A DNA stretch of 64,000 bases from Candidatus Bathyarchaeota archaeon (lineage in GTDB: Archaea > Thermoproteota > Bathyarchaeia > Bathyarchaeales > Bathycorpusculaceae): NCBI GenBank assembly GCA_963832745.1, contig CAWHVC010000001.1, forward strand, positions 96,001 to 160,000, read 5' to 3'. Both the position numbers and the translations under genes were made by a program. Under the pieces are notes generated by a model. The model was not told where the DNA came from and searched no databases. It saw only the letters and a program-made list of their open reading frames with translations. Below, piece by piece: positions 10,627 to 19,891 of this stretch. Numbering within the stretch: the first letter of the stretch is position 1; each line of letters begins with the position of its first letter.

Positions 10627-10944
10627 CTATTTTTTTCGCTTTTTAGTTTTTTCTTGAATCTTTTCTTTTTGGTATTGAGTGGCTGTTAAAGTGGTAACTT
10701 TAAAGTGTGCCTATTAATAGGGCAGTGAAAAATGAGCTCCATTGCTATTACTCCCAACATGTTAAGGTGCAAGGTTAGCTTGGTTAAGCGCGTGACAAGG
10801 CACATGGGCGTTACGGTCACGCTTTGAAAGCGAGATTGGCAAGGGAACAAAATTTCTCCTCGATTTTCCTATGTCTCCCATGGTTTTTTTGCGTTTTCAT
10901 ATTCTTTTGTGGGTATTTGGTTTTTTATGGTGAAAGTGGGTAAG

Positions 10945-11003
10945 TTTAAATATCACTTGATGATATCATCATCGATATCAATAACGATATCAAAGGTGAT
11001 ATG
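10945..11003 (+). promoter_or_regulatory. TATA box followed by GATATC array, putative PadR operator
   Basis: TTTAAATA at 10945; GATATC at 10962, 10974, 10986 and GATATG at 10998; palindrome TGATGATATCATCA at 10958-10971. Confidence 0.7.
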
Positions 11004-11008
11004 AAAAA

Positions 11009-11614
11009 ATGAATTTCGACCAAGAAGACGTTGAAGAAATCCGGCGCCTAAGAAGTGAACGCCACCATTTCCACCAACGTAAATGGCTGCGGCAAAACGC
11101 TATGGTCCCTAAAGGATTCATACGCTACCATGTGCTACAGGCGCTCAGCGAAAAACCAATGTCCGGCTCCGAATTAATGGAACAAATTGAAAAACACACC
11201 GGCGGAAACTGGAAACCAAGCCCCGGCTCAATATACCCACTACTCAGCTGGCTACAAGACAACAGCTACATCAAAGAATTACCAACAGAAAACGGTTTGA
11301 AACGTTACGAGATAACACAATCCGGTAAAGAACTACTTGAAGAACAAATAAAAATCCGCGAAAAATTCATGCAGGAAGGAGGACCTTTTGCAAGTCCTTT
11401 CTTTGACAGGTTCTTTAGCAATGCTCCAAAAGAGAAGACAGGCCAGATTCGTGCTTCAATGAAACGGTTAATGGTTTCAACATTAAAGCTTGCTAAATCC
11501 CTAAAAGAAAACTATTCTGAAAAAGACTTAGACGAAGCATTAAAAGTGCTCGACGAAGCCTCAGGCAAACTGGAAGAAATAAACAACAAAATCAAAAGTG
11601 AAAACAAACAATGA
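11009..11614 (+). CDS. PadR-family transcriptional regulator
   Basis: WKPSPGSIYPLL, YEITQSGK. Confidence 0.92.
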   Translation: MNFDQEDVEEIRRLRSERHHFHQRKWLRQNAMVPKGFIRYHVLQALSEKPMSGSELMEQIEKHTGGNWKPSPGSIYPLLSWLQDNSYIKELPTENGLKRYEITQSGKELLEEQIKIREKFMQEGGPFASPFFDRFFSNAPKEKTGQIRASMKRLMVSTLKLAKSLKENYSEKDLDEALKVLDEASGKLEEINNKIKSENKQ

Positions 11615-12624
11615 GTCACCCCCAAGAAGTCATCAAAGTCGAAGGCTTAACCAAAGTCTACAATAATACCTTAACCGCAGTTGACCACATCAACTTTAGC
11701 GTTAACCGTGGAGAAATCTTTGGTTTCCTTGGACCAAACGGTGCAGGAAAAACCACAACAATCAGCATGTTAATCACCGTTACAAAACCCACAGCGGGAA
11801 AAGCCAGCATTTTGGGAGGCGACATCGCAAACCAAAGCATGGCAGTCCGCGGTGCAATCGGCGTAGTTCCACAGGAATACACTGCAGATGAAGACTTAAC
11901 CGGAAATGAAAACATCCTGCTATGTGCAGACCTTTACGGCATCCCCCGTGATGTATCTAAAAAACGTGCAGTGGAACTGCTTAAACTCGTGGAATTAACC
12001 GCTTTCAAAGATAAGCGTGTGCAAACCTACTCCGGCGGCATGCGTCGACGGTTAGAGTTGGCTTGCGGATTAATCAACAGACCACAAGTGCTTTTCCTCG
12101 ACGAACCCACTTTAGGTTTAGATGTCCAGACACGCGCGGCAACTTGGAACTACGTTAAAATGCTTAAGAAAGAATTCGGCATGACACTGTTCCTAACAAC
12201 CCATTACCTTGAAGAAGCAGACGCACTCTGCGACCGAATCGCAATAATTGACCACGGCAAAATCATCGTCACAGGCACCCCGACAGAGTTAAAAGACAGC
12301 CTCGGCGGCGACATCATCACTTTAAGCATCCAAAAAGAAGACGAAGATATCACCGGTTTAATCAGCAAAGTTGAGCACGTAAAAGAGGTCAAAAAGGAAA
12401 ACGGCGGCTACACTATCAAATCTTCAAATGGCGAATTAACCGCGCCTCTAATCATTGAAGCACTACGAAAAAGTGGACACGTAGTAACCAAACTTTCCCT
12501 AACAAAACCCACATTGAATGAAGTTTATCTGCAGTACACTGGACGTTCTATGCGTGACGCAGAAGAATCACGTGAAGGAGTAGCTCAGCAAAGAATCGCA
12601 ATGAGGAGGGCACGGTCACATTGA
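11611..12624 (+). CDS. ABC-2 exporter ATP-binding subunit (DrrA-like)
   Basis: GPNGAGKTT, YSGGMRRRLE, FLDEPTLGLD. Confidence 0.92.
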   Translation: MSHPQEVIKVEGLTKVYNNTLTAVDHINFSVNRGEIFGFLGPNGAGKTTTISMLITVTKPTAGKASILGGDIANQSMAVRGAIGVVPQEYTADEDLTGNENILLCADLYGIPRDVSKKRAVELLKLVELTAFKDKRVQTYSGGMRRRLELACGLINRPQVLFLDEPTLGLDVQTRAATWNYVKMLKKEFGMTLFLTTHYLEEADALCDRIAIIDHGKIIVTGTPTELKDSLGGDIITLSIQKEDEDITGLISKVEHVKEVKKENGGYTIKSSNGELTAPLIIEALRKSGHVVTKLSLTKPTLNEVYLQYTGRSMRDAEESREGVAQQRIAMRRARSH

Positions 12625-13466
12625 GCAGTAGTCAAGAACAGGTATCAAAAAGCAAACTACACGGTCTTTGGGCCTTAACGAACAGGGAGCTTAAGAAATG
12701 GTATCAAAACCCGTTCATTTTGGCCATGGGCGTAATTCAGCCAGTACTATGGTTAGCGTTGCTTGGAAAAGCAATGAACATTGGCAGCATCATACCAAAC
12801 AATATCCCCGGCGTTAGCTCCGCAACTATAATGTTGAGCACTTTCGGCACAACCGATTACTTCTCATTCATGGCTATGGGCATGGTAGCCTTCACAACGG
12901 TGTTCACGACAGCATTCGTGGGCATGTCGGTTGTTTGGGATAAACGCTTGGGCTTCATGAATAAAGTCTTAAGCACACCAGTCTCAAGGTCAGTAATCAT
13001 CCTGTCAAAAGTGTTTGCAGCAAGCGTACGAGCAATCTTCCAAGCACTCATCGTAACCGCAGTCGCATTCGCCCTTGGACTAGTCACCGGCACAAACTTT
13101 GGCCTATTCAGCATCCTTGGCGTATTTGCCATGGTATTCCTACTAAGCGTCGGCCTATCCTCACTGTTCACTGCGCTAACATTGCGCACCACAAGAATGG
13201 AAACCCCGCAGGCAATAATTCAGTTAATCACTTTGCCACTCATGTTTGCAAGCAGCGCCTACTTCCCGATAACACAAATGCCAGAATGGCTACAAGCAGT
13301 TGCAAGCGTAAACCCAATCAGCTACGCCATCGACGCAGTAAGACGACTAATGATATTCAGCGACGGATTCGTAGGATTACCCCTTGACTTCCTATACGTC
13401 GGTCTATTCGCAGTCATCGTAACAGCGATTTGCATTGTGCTTTCTTGGAGATACCTAAACAAGTAA
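12621..13466 (+). CDS. ABC-2 exporter permease (DrrB-like)
   Basis: QPVLWL, LPLMFASSAYFP, NPISYAIDAVR. Confidence 0.9.
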   Translation: MSSSQEQVSKSKLHGLWALTNRELKKWYQNPFILAMGVIQPVLWLALLGKAMNIGSIIPNNIPGVSSATIMLSTFGTTDYFSFMAMGMVAFTTVFTTAFVGMSVVWDKRLGFMNKVLSTPVSRSVIILSKVFAASVRAIFQALIVTAVAFALGLVTGTNFGLFSILGVFAMVFLLSVGLSSLFTALTLRTTRMETPQAIIQLITLPLMFASSAYFPITQMPEWLQAVASVNPISYAIDAVRRLMIFSDGFVGLPLDFLYVGLFAVIVTAICIVLSWRYLNK

Positions 13467-13530
13467 AAAAGACGTAAAAAATGTCTTTTCCATTTTTTAC
13501 TTTTTGAATAAGAATGTTTTAACCGTAAAA

Positions 13531-14332
13531 TTATGGAGCCAACTTCATTTTCTTAAAAAAAGGCATATCATGTGAAAACATCACTTTAGCCCCGAATTCT
13601 TTCTGCAAACACCTAATTTTTTCTATGGATTCCCTAAATGAAACAGTGTCATATACTATACCCGACATTTTTGTTGGTGGACCATAATTTTCTTCAGTGT
13701 AGACTGCATCAGAGGGAAAAATCAGTTTTCCTTCATTTTCAAGATGCACCATTAACCCAAGAATCCCTGGAGTGTGTCCAGGCAGCGAGATAAGTTTGAT
13801 TTTGGTGTTTAAGCTGTAATCTTTGTCTATTAGGTGAAGCTTATCTGTTGGAATTTCAAGATCAGCTTTTACATAGGCTCCATGGTCCTTTGGGTTAACG
13901 CTTGAGTTTACCAAGTATTTTCCATATTCGTAGTCTTTTTTGTGAACGTAAATGTCTGCTTCTCTGAATAAGTTGGTATTGCCAGCGTGATCTAAATGCA
14001 GGTGTGAAAGAATTACTGTTTTAATTTCTTGAGGAGTGGTTCCAGTTAACTGGAGCTGTTTCACCAACGATTGGTTATCCTTGTAATAGTATGGGAAAAT
14101 GGTTCTCAATTCAGGTGGCCAGTACCCTTTCATTGCTTCAGGGTGACAGCCAGTATCAAACAAGATTTTTCCATCTGGTTGGTCAATAAGGACGCAATAT
14201 ACAGGTATTTTAATCCATTTTATTGGTGGCGTTTTATCTTCGAGCGTTCCACAAACAGACATTGCTACTATCCAGTTAGAGTCACCCTCAAGCCAACCGT
14301 TGTCCAAAAACGTATAGTCTCAAATTAAACAT
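13531..14332 (-). CDS. N-acyl-homoserine lactonase family metallo-beta-lactamase (AiiA/AttM-like); N-terminus displaced by +1 in A5 run at 14306-14310
   Basis: SHLHLDHAG, GHTPG, SDAVY, FSHD; removing one base gives the start MFNLRLYVLDNGWLE from ATG 14332. Confidence 0.85.
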
Positions 14333-14526
14333 CCAAAAGCCATCATCAATATTATTAGCTGTGGCTGCATTAAAGTTTCTTGACCCTAAAAGGCGGCGAC
14401 ATTTTTCTTTAATGAACTATAAATTTGCTGGATTGCACCTTTGGTGTACATCTAATTTGGACACTGTTTATATCAAACTAGCCATTTCATGAATAATTAA
14501 ATAATTATCAAGAAGCGAGATACAAA

Positions 14527-15210
14527 ATGCCAACAATAGTTGAAGCAATCAATCTTAGAAAAACTTACATGCTGGGCAAAATTCCAGTAGAAGCACTGCG
14601 AGGCGTAAACCTCAAAATCGAAGCAGGTGACTTCGTCTCTATCCTTGGCCCGTCAGGCAGCGGCAAATCCACAATGCTCAACCTCATCGGCGCCCTTGAC
14701 AAGCCAACCTCGGGCACACTACTTATCGACGGCGTAGACATCGGCAAACAAAACGATGACCAACTCTCCGAGTTACGCCTAAAAATCGGTTTTGTCTTCC
14801 AATTTTTCAATTTAATCCCCCGATTAACCGCGAAAGCAAACGTTGAATTAGCAATGTCTATCGCCAACTTAGGCAGGACAGAACGTAACAAACGTGCAGT
14901 AGAACTACTTGAAACTGTCGGCTTAAGAGACCGAATAAATCACAAACCAGCTGAACTAAGTGGAGGACAACAGCAACGTGTCGCAATCGCTCGGGCACTG
15001 GCAAATAACCCAAAATTTTTGCTGCTTGATGAACCCACAGGTAACGTTGACTCTAAAACAGCCAGCGAGGTTATGTCGTTAATCGAGAAACTCAATGAGG
15101 AAAAAGGTGTCAGCATTATCATGGTTACTCATGACCAAAAACTGGCTCATGAAGCAAAAAGAACCGTTCAAATGATTGACGGAGAAATCCAAATGGATCA
15201 GGTGAACTAA
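14527..15210 (+). CDS. ABC ATP-binding protein (LolD/MacB-type)
   Basis: GPSGSGKST, GFVFQFFNL, LSGGQQQRVAIARAL, DEPTGN. Confidence 0.92.
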   Translation: MPTIVEAINLRKTYMLGKIPVEALRGVNLKIEAGDFVSILGPSGSGKSTMLNLIGALDKPTSGTLLIDGVDIGKQNDDQLSELRLKIGFVFQFFNLIPRLTAKANVELAMSIANLGRTERNKRAVELLETVGLRDRINHKPAELSGGQQQRVAIARALANNPKFLLLDEPTGNVDSKTASEVMSLIEKLNEEKGVSIIMVTHDQKLAHEAKRTVQMIDGEIQMDQVN

Positions 15211-15211
15211 A

Positions 15212-16522
15212 TTGAAGACTTATGACGTTTTTGGTTACTCATTTAGCGCTATTAAACTTCGTAAACTACGTGCAGCCTTAACCACGCTTGGAGTCATCAT
15301 AGGCATCGCAGCAATCGTTGCCCTGCTTTCAATTACTCAAGGGTTACAAGCAACAATAACCGACCAGTTAAACCAAGGCTTGTCCGCTAATTCTTTAATT
15401 GTTGTTGCTGGAAGCAGCGGAGCGTTAGGAGGCGGCAACAGTGCCGGTGCAGGTGGTGGTTTCGGCGGTGGCGGAAGCATCGGAGGTGGCACGGATAGTT
15501 CAGGCTTTAATTTGTACGTGAACTATACGAGCGAAATTCAGGGTCTTTCCCCCGACATCACAGGTGCACTTGCCATAATACAACGATCAGGCTATGTTCA
15601 ATCCGAAAACCTAAACCGCAGCGTAACAATCTACGGCGTTAACTACAGTGCTTATTCACAGGCTTACAGCACATTCACAGCAGTAACAGGAACAATCCCA
15701 ACTGCCCCACAAGAAAACGATATTGTAATCGGTAACCGTGTAAGTGACCCAAGACAGAACGGTAGCCAATTCATTGTTTCAGGTAACGACATAGATTTGC
15801 TATGGCTAAACGCGACTGTACTGCCGCCAGTAAATGAAACCTATACTGCACACGTTTCAGGCGTTTTGGAAACAGTCGGCGGTTTCGGTATAGGCGGACC
15901 ATCTGACACAGGCGTCTACATTCCAATATCGCAGGCTGAAAGCTTCTTTGGAACCGACCAATGTGACATGATAATCGTAACCCTAACAAACAGCGACAAA
16001 GCTACAATAGCAAACGCTACAAGCGCAATCACTGACCATTTCGGCGGTCAAGTATCAGTGATCTCAGCAGACGCAGTACAATCTTTACTTACAAGTGTCT
16101 TTAGCACAATACAGCTCTTCCTTGGCGGAATCGCAGCAATCTCACTACTCGTTGCAGGCATCGGCATCATGAACATAATGATTGTTTCCTTAATTGAGCG
16201 TACACGCGAAATCGGCATACTCAAAGCCTTAGGCATGAAAAGCAGAACCGTGCTAATGATATTCCTTGGCGAATCAGTAATCATAGGCTTAATGGGTGCA
16301 ATCATCGGCATAATCCTTGGCTGGTCTTTGGCAAACGTTACTGCAACAGTGCTTAGCTCAGGTGTCTTCGGAAGCGGAAGCTTTGCAATTACACCGTTGT
16401 TAACTCCTGAAGTGTTGCTTGGTGCTTTAGGTTTCGGTGTGGGTGTAAGCGTAATCTTTGCGTTGTACCCGGCTTGGAGAGCTTCAAAACTTAAGCCAGT
16501 TGACGCATTGCGTTACGAATAA
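15212..16522 (+). CDS. ABC permease, MacB/FtsX family
   Basis: LTTLGVIIG, GIGIMNIM..ERTREIGILKALG, YPAWRASKLKPVDALRYE. Confidence 0.92.
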   Translation: MKTYDVFGYSFSAIKLRKLRAALTTLGVIIGIAAIVALLSITQGLQATITDQLNQGLSANSLIVVAGSSGALGGGNSAGAGGGFGGGGSIGGGTDSSGFNLYVNYTSEIQGLSPDITGALAIIQRSGYVQSENLNRSVTIYGVNYSAYSQAYSTFTAVTGTIPTAPQENDIVIGNRVSDPRQNGSQFIVSGNDIDLLWLNATVLPPVNETYTAHVSGVLETVGGFGIGGPSDTGVYIPISQAESFFGTDQCDMIIVTLTNSDKATIANATSAITDHFGGQVSVISADAVQSLLTSVFSTIQLFLGGIAAISLLVAGIGIMNIMIVSLIERTREIGILKALGMKSRTVLMIFLGESVIIGLMGAIIGIILGWSLANVTATVLSSGVFGSGSFAITPLLTPEVLLGALGFGVGVSVIFALYPAWRASKLKPVDALRYE

Positions 16523-16665
16523 ACTGCCCTCCAACCCTTTTCTTTTTTCTTTTTTAACTAAACAATAGAGTTGACGGTGACATAAAACTTATATTTGATG
16601 CGTATATATTTCAATCAATCACATAACCTATTACACCATTAAACGATCCCAAGGAGGAACCAAAC

Positions 16666-16851
16666 ATAAGCACGCTCTGTTCAAAATGCCCATTCTTCCA
16701 AGTAGCACCCCTCATAAAACGCAAAAACGCACGAAAAAGATGCCGCCTTGAACCTCAAAGACAACTAAGAATCTACAAATGCAGCGACTTCCCCAAAAAA
16801 GTTGCCTTCAACCTTATCGGAAAACAGAAAAAAACTGAAAATAAACCATAG
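16666..16851 (+). CDS. Putative small basic Cys4 protein with ATA start (absent from the ORF track)
   Basis: GGAGG at 16653-16657, ATA at 16666, 61 codons (I)STLCSKCPFF...KRCRLE...YKCSDF...; TTATAT promoter upstream. Confidence 0.45.
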   Translation: MSTLCSKCPFFQVAPLIKRKNARKRCRLEPQRQLRIYKCSDFPKKVAFNLIGKQKKTENKP

Positions 16852-16896
16852 AAACTTTAAAGGCGTCGAAACAGTTACCCTTTTGAGGCACCACCT

Positions 16897-17343
16897 TTGA
16901 AGCGAATGTACCCAGACCAACCAGTAGTAGGCATAGGAGTAGTTTTAATCAGTAAAGGCAAAATGGTTCTGGCTAAACGTGGAAATGAACCTGGGAAAGG
17001 TAAATGGGCAAACCCAGGCGGCATAGTTGAACTCGGCGAAAGCATCCTTACTACAGTAATTAGGGAAGCTAAAGAGGAAACCTGCCTTGACGTGGTCGAC
17101 CCCCAACTTGTGGATGTCGTAGACACAGTTACGCTCGATGAAGAAAGCAAGATTAAGTATCATTATGTGATTGTTGACTATTTTGTTAAAGTCAAAAGCG
17201 GCGAGCTTAAGGCTGAAAGCGACGTTGTAGAGTTGCGTTGGGTACCCTTTAAAGAAGTAGAAACCTATGTTCTAACAACTTCATTTAGGGAATTTTTCGT
17301 AAAAAACCGTTCTAAACTCGAACAGTTAGACTCCTATAATTAA
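16897..17343 (+). CDS. NUDIX hydrolase (ADP-ribose pyrophosphatase-like)
   Basis: GGIVELGE......REAKEET Nudix box; YPDQPVVGIG; YHYVIVDY. Confidence 0.9.
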   Translation: MKRMYPDQPVVGIGVVLISKGKMVLAKRGNEPGKGKWANPGGIVELGESILTTVIREAKEETCLDVVDPQLVDVVDTVTLDEESKIKYHYVIVDYFVKVKSGELKAESDVVELRWVPFKEVETYVLTTSFREFFVKNRSKLEQLDSYN

Positions 17344-17391
17344 ACAGTTTTTCTACTTAGCATTTTAATGTTGAGCTTTCGGTAACTTGTT

Positions 17392-19821
17392 TTATTCTTT
17401 TTTTTCTTCTCTTAGTTCCCCGTGCCCAAGCAGTTTAAAAAAGTGAATCTTTAGCGTGTCAGTAATAACAAAGGCAAGTAGCGCGTAACCCCAAACAAAT
17501 AATGCTAATTCTAAGCCAATCGGCGTCATGAAAACTCCAAAAATAGCCAATAGGGTGCCGATTACTTGGGTTGTTTCTGTTATGCCAAAAAGGTATTTTG
17601 ATGGAAGGGGGCGTTCCCAGAAATGATGAACTCCTGTTCTGGCAAGATAAATCGTAAGGTGTCCAGCCACGGTTAACTTTAAGAAAATAAGCGTTTGCAA
17701 CATGCCCATATCAAGATGCAGCACCTCTAAACCGATAAAAAACATTAGAAAACTGGTAATTACTCCAATGCCGCCAAGCAATGACGCCACAATAAGGATG
17801 TCTCGCATGTTCCAACGAACTGGTTTAGGCTGGACCTTCACGTTATCATAGGCAATTGTCATGATTGGCAAATCGTTAAGCAACGCCAAAATAACAATCA
17901 TAACAGCTGTTACAGGGTAAAAACTAAACACCAAAATAGAAAGAGTCAAAAAAATCAAAACGCGGGTTGTCTCCGCTATGCGGTAAATAGCATAATTCTG
18001 CATACGTTCAAAAATTTTACGACTCTCATTAATAGCATCAACAATCACAGAAAGCCCAAGCCTAGTAAGAACAACGTCCGCTGCTGATTTTGCTGCGTCA
18101 GTAGCGCCAGCAACTGCTATACCTGCATCTGCCTTCTTGAGTGCTGGTGCATCGTTTACTCCGTCGCCGGTCATCCCGACAATGTGACCTTGGTCTTGCA
18201 ATATCTGAACGATTTGGTATTTGTGTTCAGGAAAAACTTGCGCAAACCCGTCAGCGTTTTCAATTAACCCTTTAGTTTCACTGTCTGGCTTGTCGATAAA
18301 AGCGGAAGCAGGCAAAATGTTCTCTCCAAGATTCACTTCTCTTGAGATTTCTTTAGCAATCGCAATGTGGTCGCCAGTAACCATTTTGACGTTTATGCCC
18401 ATTTTTTTGGCGGTCTTTATTGTTTCGCCTGAATCTGATCTTGGCGGGTCATAAATCGCAATTAAACCCACATATGCCCATTCGCCTTTTTCCTGCTGCT
18501 TAGCTACGCCTAATGCACGGTAACCTTTGCTTGCAAAAGATTCAATGATTTTGTTTACTTCTTCTGTAATCGCTGTTTTGTTCTCGACTAATTCTAAAAT
18601 GACTTGTGGAGCGCCTTTAGAAACTTTAAAAGTTATATTTTCTTTTGTTTTTACCGTGGCTAATGTTCTTTTTGAAATTGGGTCAAATGGTTTAAAATCT
18701 TCTATACGGTAACTGCTTAGTTGGGCTGCAACGTCTTTGTTTGATTTAGCGTCACTCATTACAGCCTCATCTATAGGGTCACGGTTTTCCTCTCTAGAAC
18801 TCAATGCGCCAAACAACAGCACATCTTCAACGGTAAATCCGCCAAACACCTGCAACTGCGCAACGGTCAAAGCGTTCTGAGTTATTGTTCCTGTTTTATC
18901 TGAACATAAAACATCAACACCTGCTAACTCTTCTATCGATACAAGCTTGCTAACAATTGCTTCTTTTTTTGCCAATGCAATAGCGCCAACCGCCAAAGTA
19001 ACCGTTAAAACGGCGGGTAAAGCAACCGGGATAGCTGCAACCGTTAACACTAAAGCAAATTGAAGTATTTCCAGCGGGTTAACAAGACGGAAAAGTGATG
19101 CAACTACAACCATTGAAACCATAATAACGGCAAGAATGATTAGGTAATTGCCGATTCTGATAACTGCTTTCTGAAAATGGCTTCCAGTTTTTGCCGTTTC
19201 AATTAGTTTCGCTGTTTTTCCAAAATAACTACTGACGCCAGTAGCTACCACAGAAGCGTCCATTTCGCCCTGCCTAACAATCGAACCTGAAAATGCTACG
19301 TCAGAAACATGTTTTTCTGCTGGTAATGATTCGCCGGTAAGAGCGGATTCATCTAAAAGCAGATAATCGCCTATTATCAGTTTAATGTCTGCAGGAACAA
19401 TGTCGCCTAAACGAACCCTAACAATATCGTCGGGTACGAGTTCTCTTGCCGGTACTTCACGCCAATGTCCGCCTCTTAAAACCAATGCTTTTGGAGCTAA
19501 ACGTGCCTTTAAAAGTTCAATGGCGTTTTCGGCTTTGTTTTCTTGCCAGAATCCGACTATTGCGTTAACGACAAGCAGGGTTATGATTATTGAGAAGTCT
19601 TCCCAATGCTGGATAGCCACCGACAAAATGGCGGCGACTTCAATCATCCACGGGATTGGACCCCAAAAATAACCAAAAAACTTTCGAAGCGGGTTTACTT
19701 TGTGTTCAGGTAACTCGTTTGGTCCATACTGCAGTAGCCTTTTTGCTGCTTCTTCCTCACTTAACCCTTTAGATGAATCTTCTTTAACGTCTGCATTACT
19801 GCCGATTGTTGATACCTTCAA
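17392..19821 (-). CDS. P3A-type plasma-membrane H+-transporting P-type ATPase
   Basis: WGPIPWMIE, IPVALP, CSDKTGT, KGAPQVI, MTGDGVNDAPALK, ALLND. Confidence 0.93.
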   Translation of the reverse strand: MKVSTIGSNADVKEDSSKGLSEEEAAKRLLQYGPNELPEHKVNPLRKFFGYFWGPIPWMIEVAAILSVAIQHWEDFSIIITLLVVNAIVGFWQENKAENAIELLKARLAPKALVLRGGHWREVPARELVPDDIVRVRLGDIVPADIKLIIGDYLLLDESALTGESLPAEKHVSDVAFSGSIVRQGEMDASVVATGVSSYFGKTAKLIETAKTGSHFQKAVIRIGNYLIILAVIMVSMVVVASLFRLVNPLEILQFALVLTVAAIPVALPAVLTVTLAVGAIALAKKEAIVSKLVSIEELAGVDVLCSDKTGTITQNALTVAQLQVFGGFTVEDVLLFGALSSREENRDPIDEAVMSDAKSNKDVAAQLSSYRIEDFKPFDPISKRTLATVKTKENITFKVSKGAPQVILELVENKTAITEEVNKIIESFASKGYRALGVAKQQEKGEWAYVGLIAIYDPPRSDSGETIKTAKKMGINVKMVTGDHIAIAKEISREVNLGENILPASAFIDKPDSETKGLIENADGFAQVFPEHKYQIVQILQDQGHIVGMTGDGVNDAPALKKADAGIAVAGATDAAKSAADVVLTRLGLSVIVDAINESRKIFERMQNYAIYRIAETTRVLIFLTLSILVFSFYPVTAVMIVILALLNDLPIMTIAYDNVKVQPKPVRWNMRDILIVASLLGGIGVITSFLMFFIGLEVLHLDMGMLQTLIFLKLTVAGHLTIYLARTGVHHFWERPLPSKYLFGITETTQVIGTLLAIFGVFMTPIGLELALFVWGYALLAFVITDTLKIHFFKLLGHGELREEKKE

Positions 19822-19891
19822 AAAACCCTGATAAACCTAAAAAGCTCAGATGCAACCTTTTACTTAAGCCTTTTCCAAAAACAAAAAACAG

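Noticed and set aside
13672-13683. TGTTGGTGGACC, a 12-bp match to the tRNA-Val 3' end and flank, as a possible att site
   Set aside because: Short, inside the lactonase coding sequence, 37 kb away, and would enclose core-like genes; likely chance
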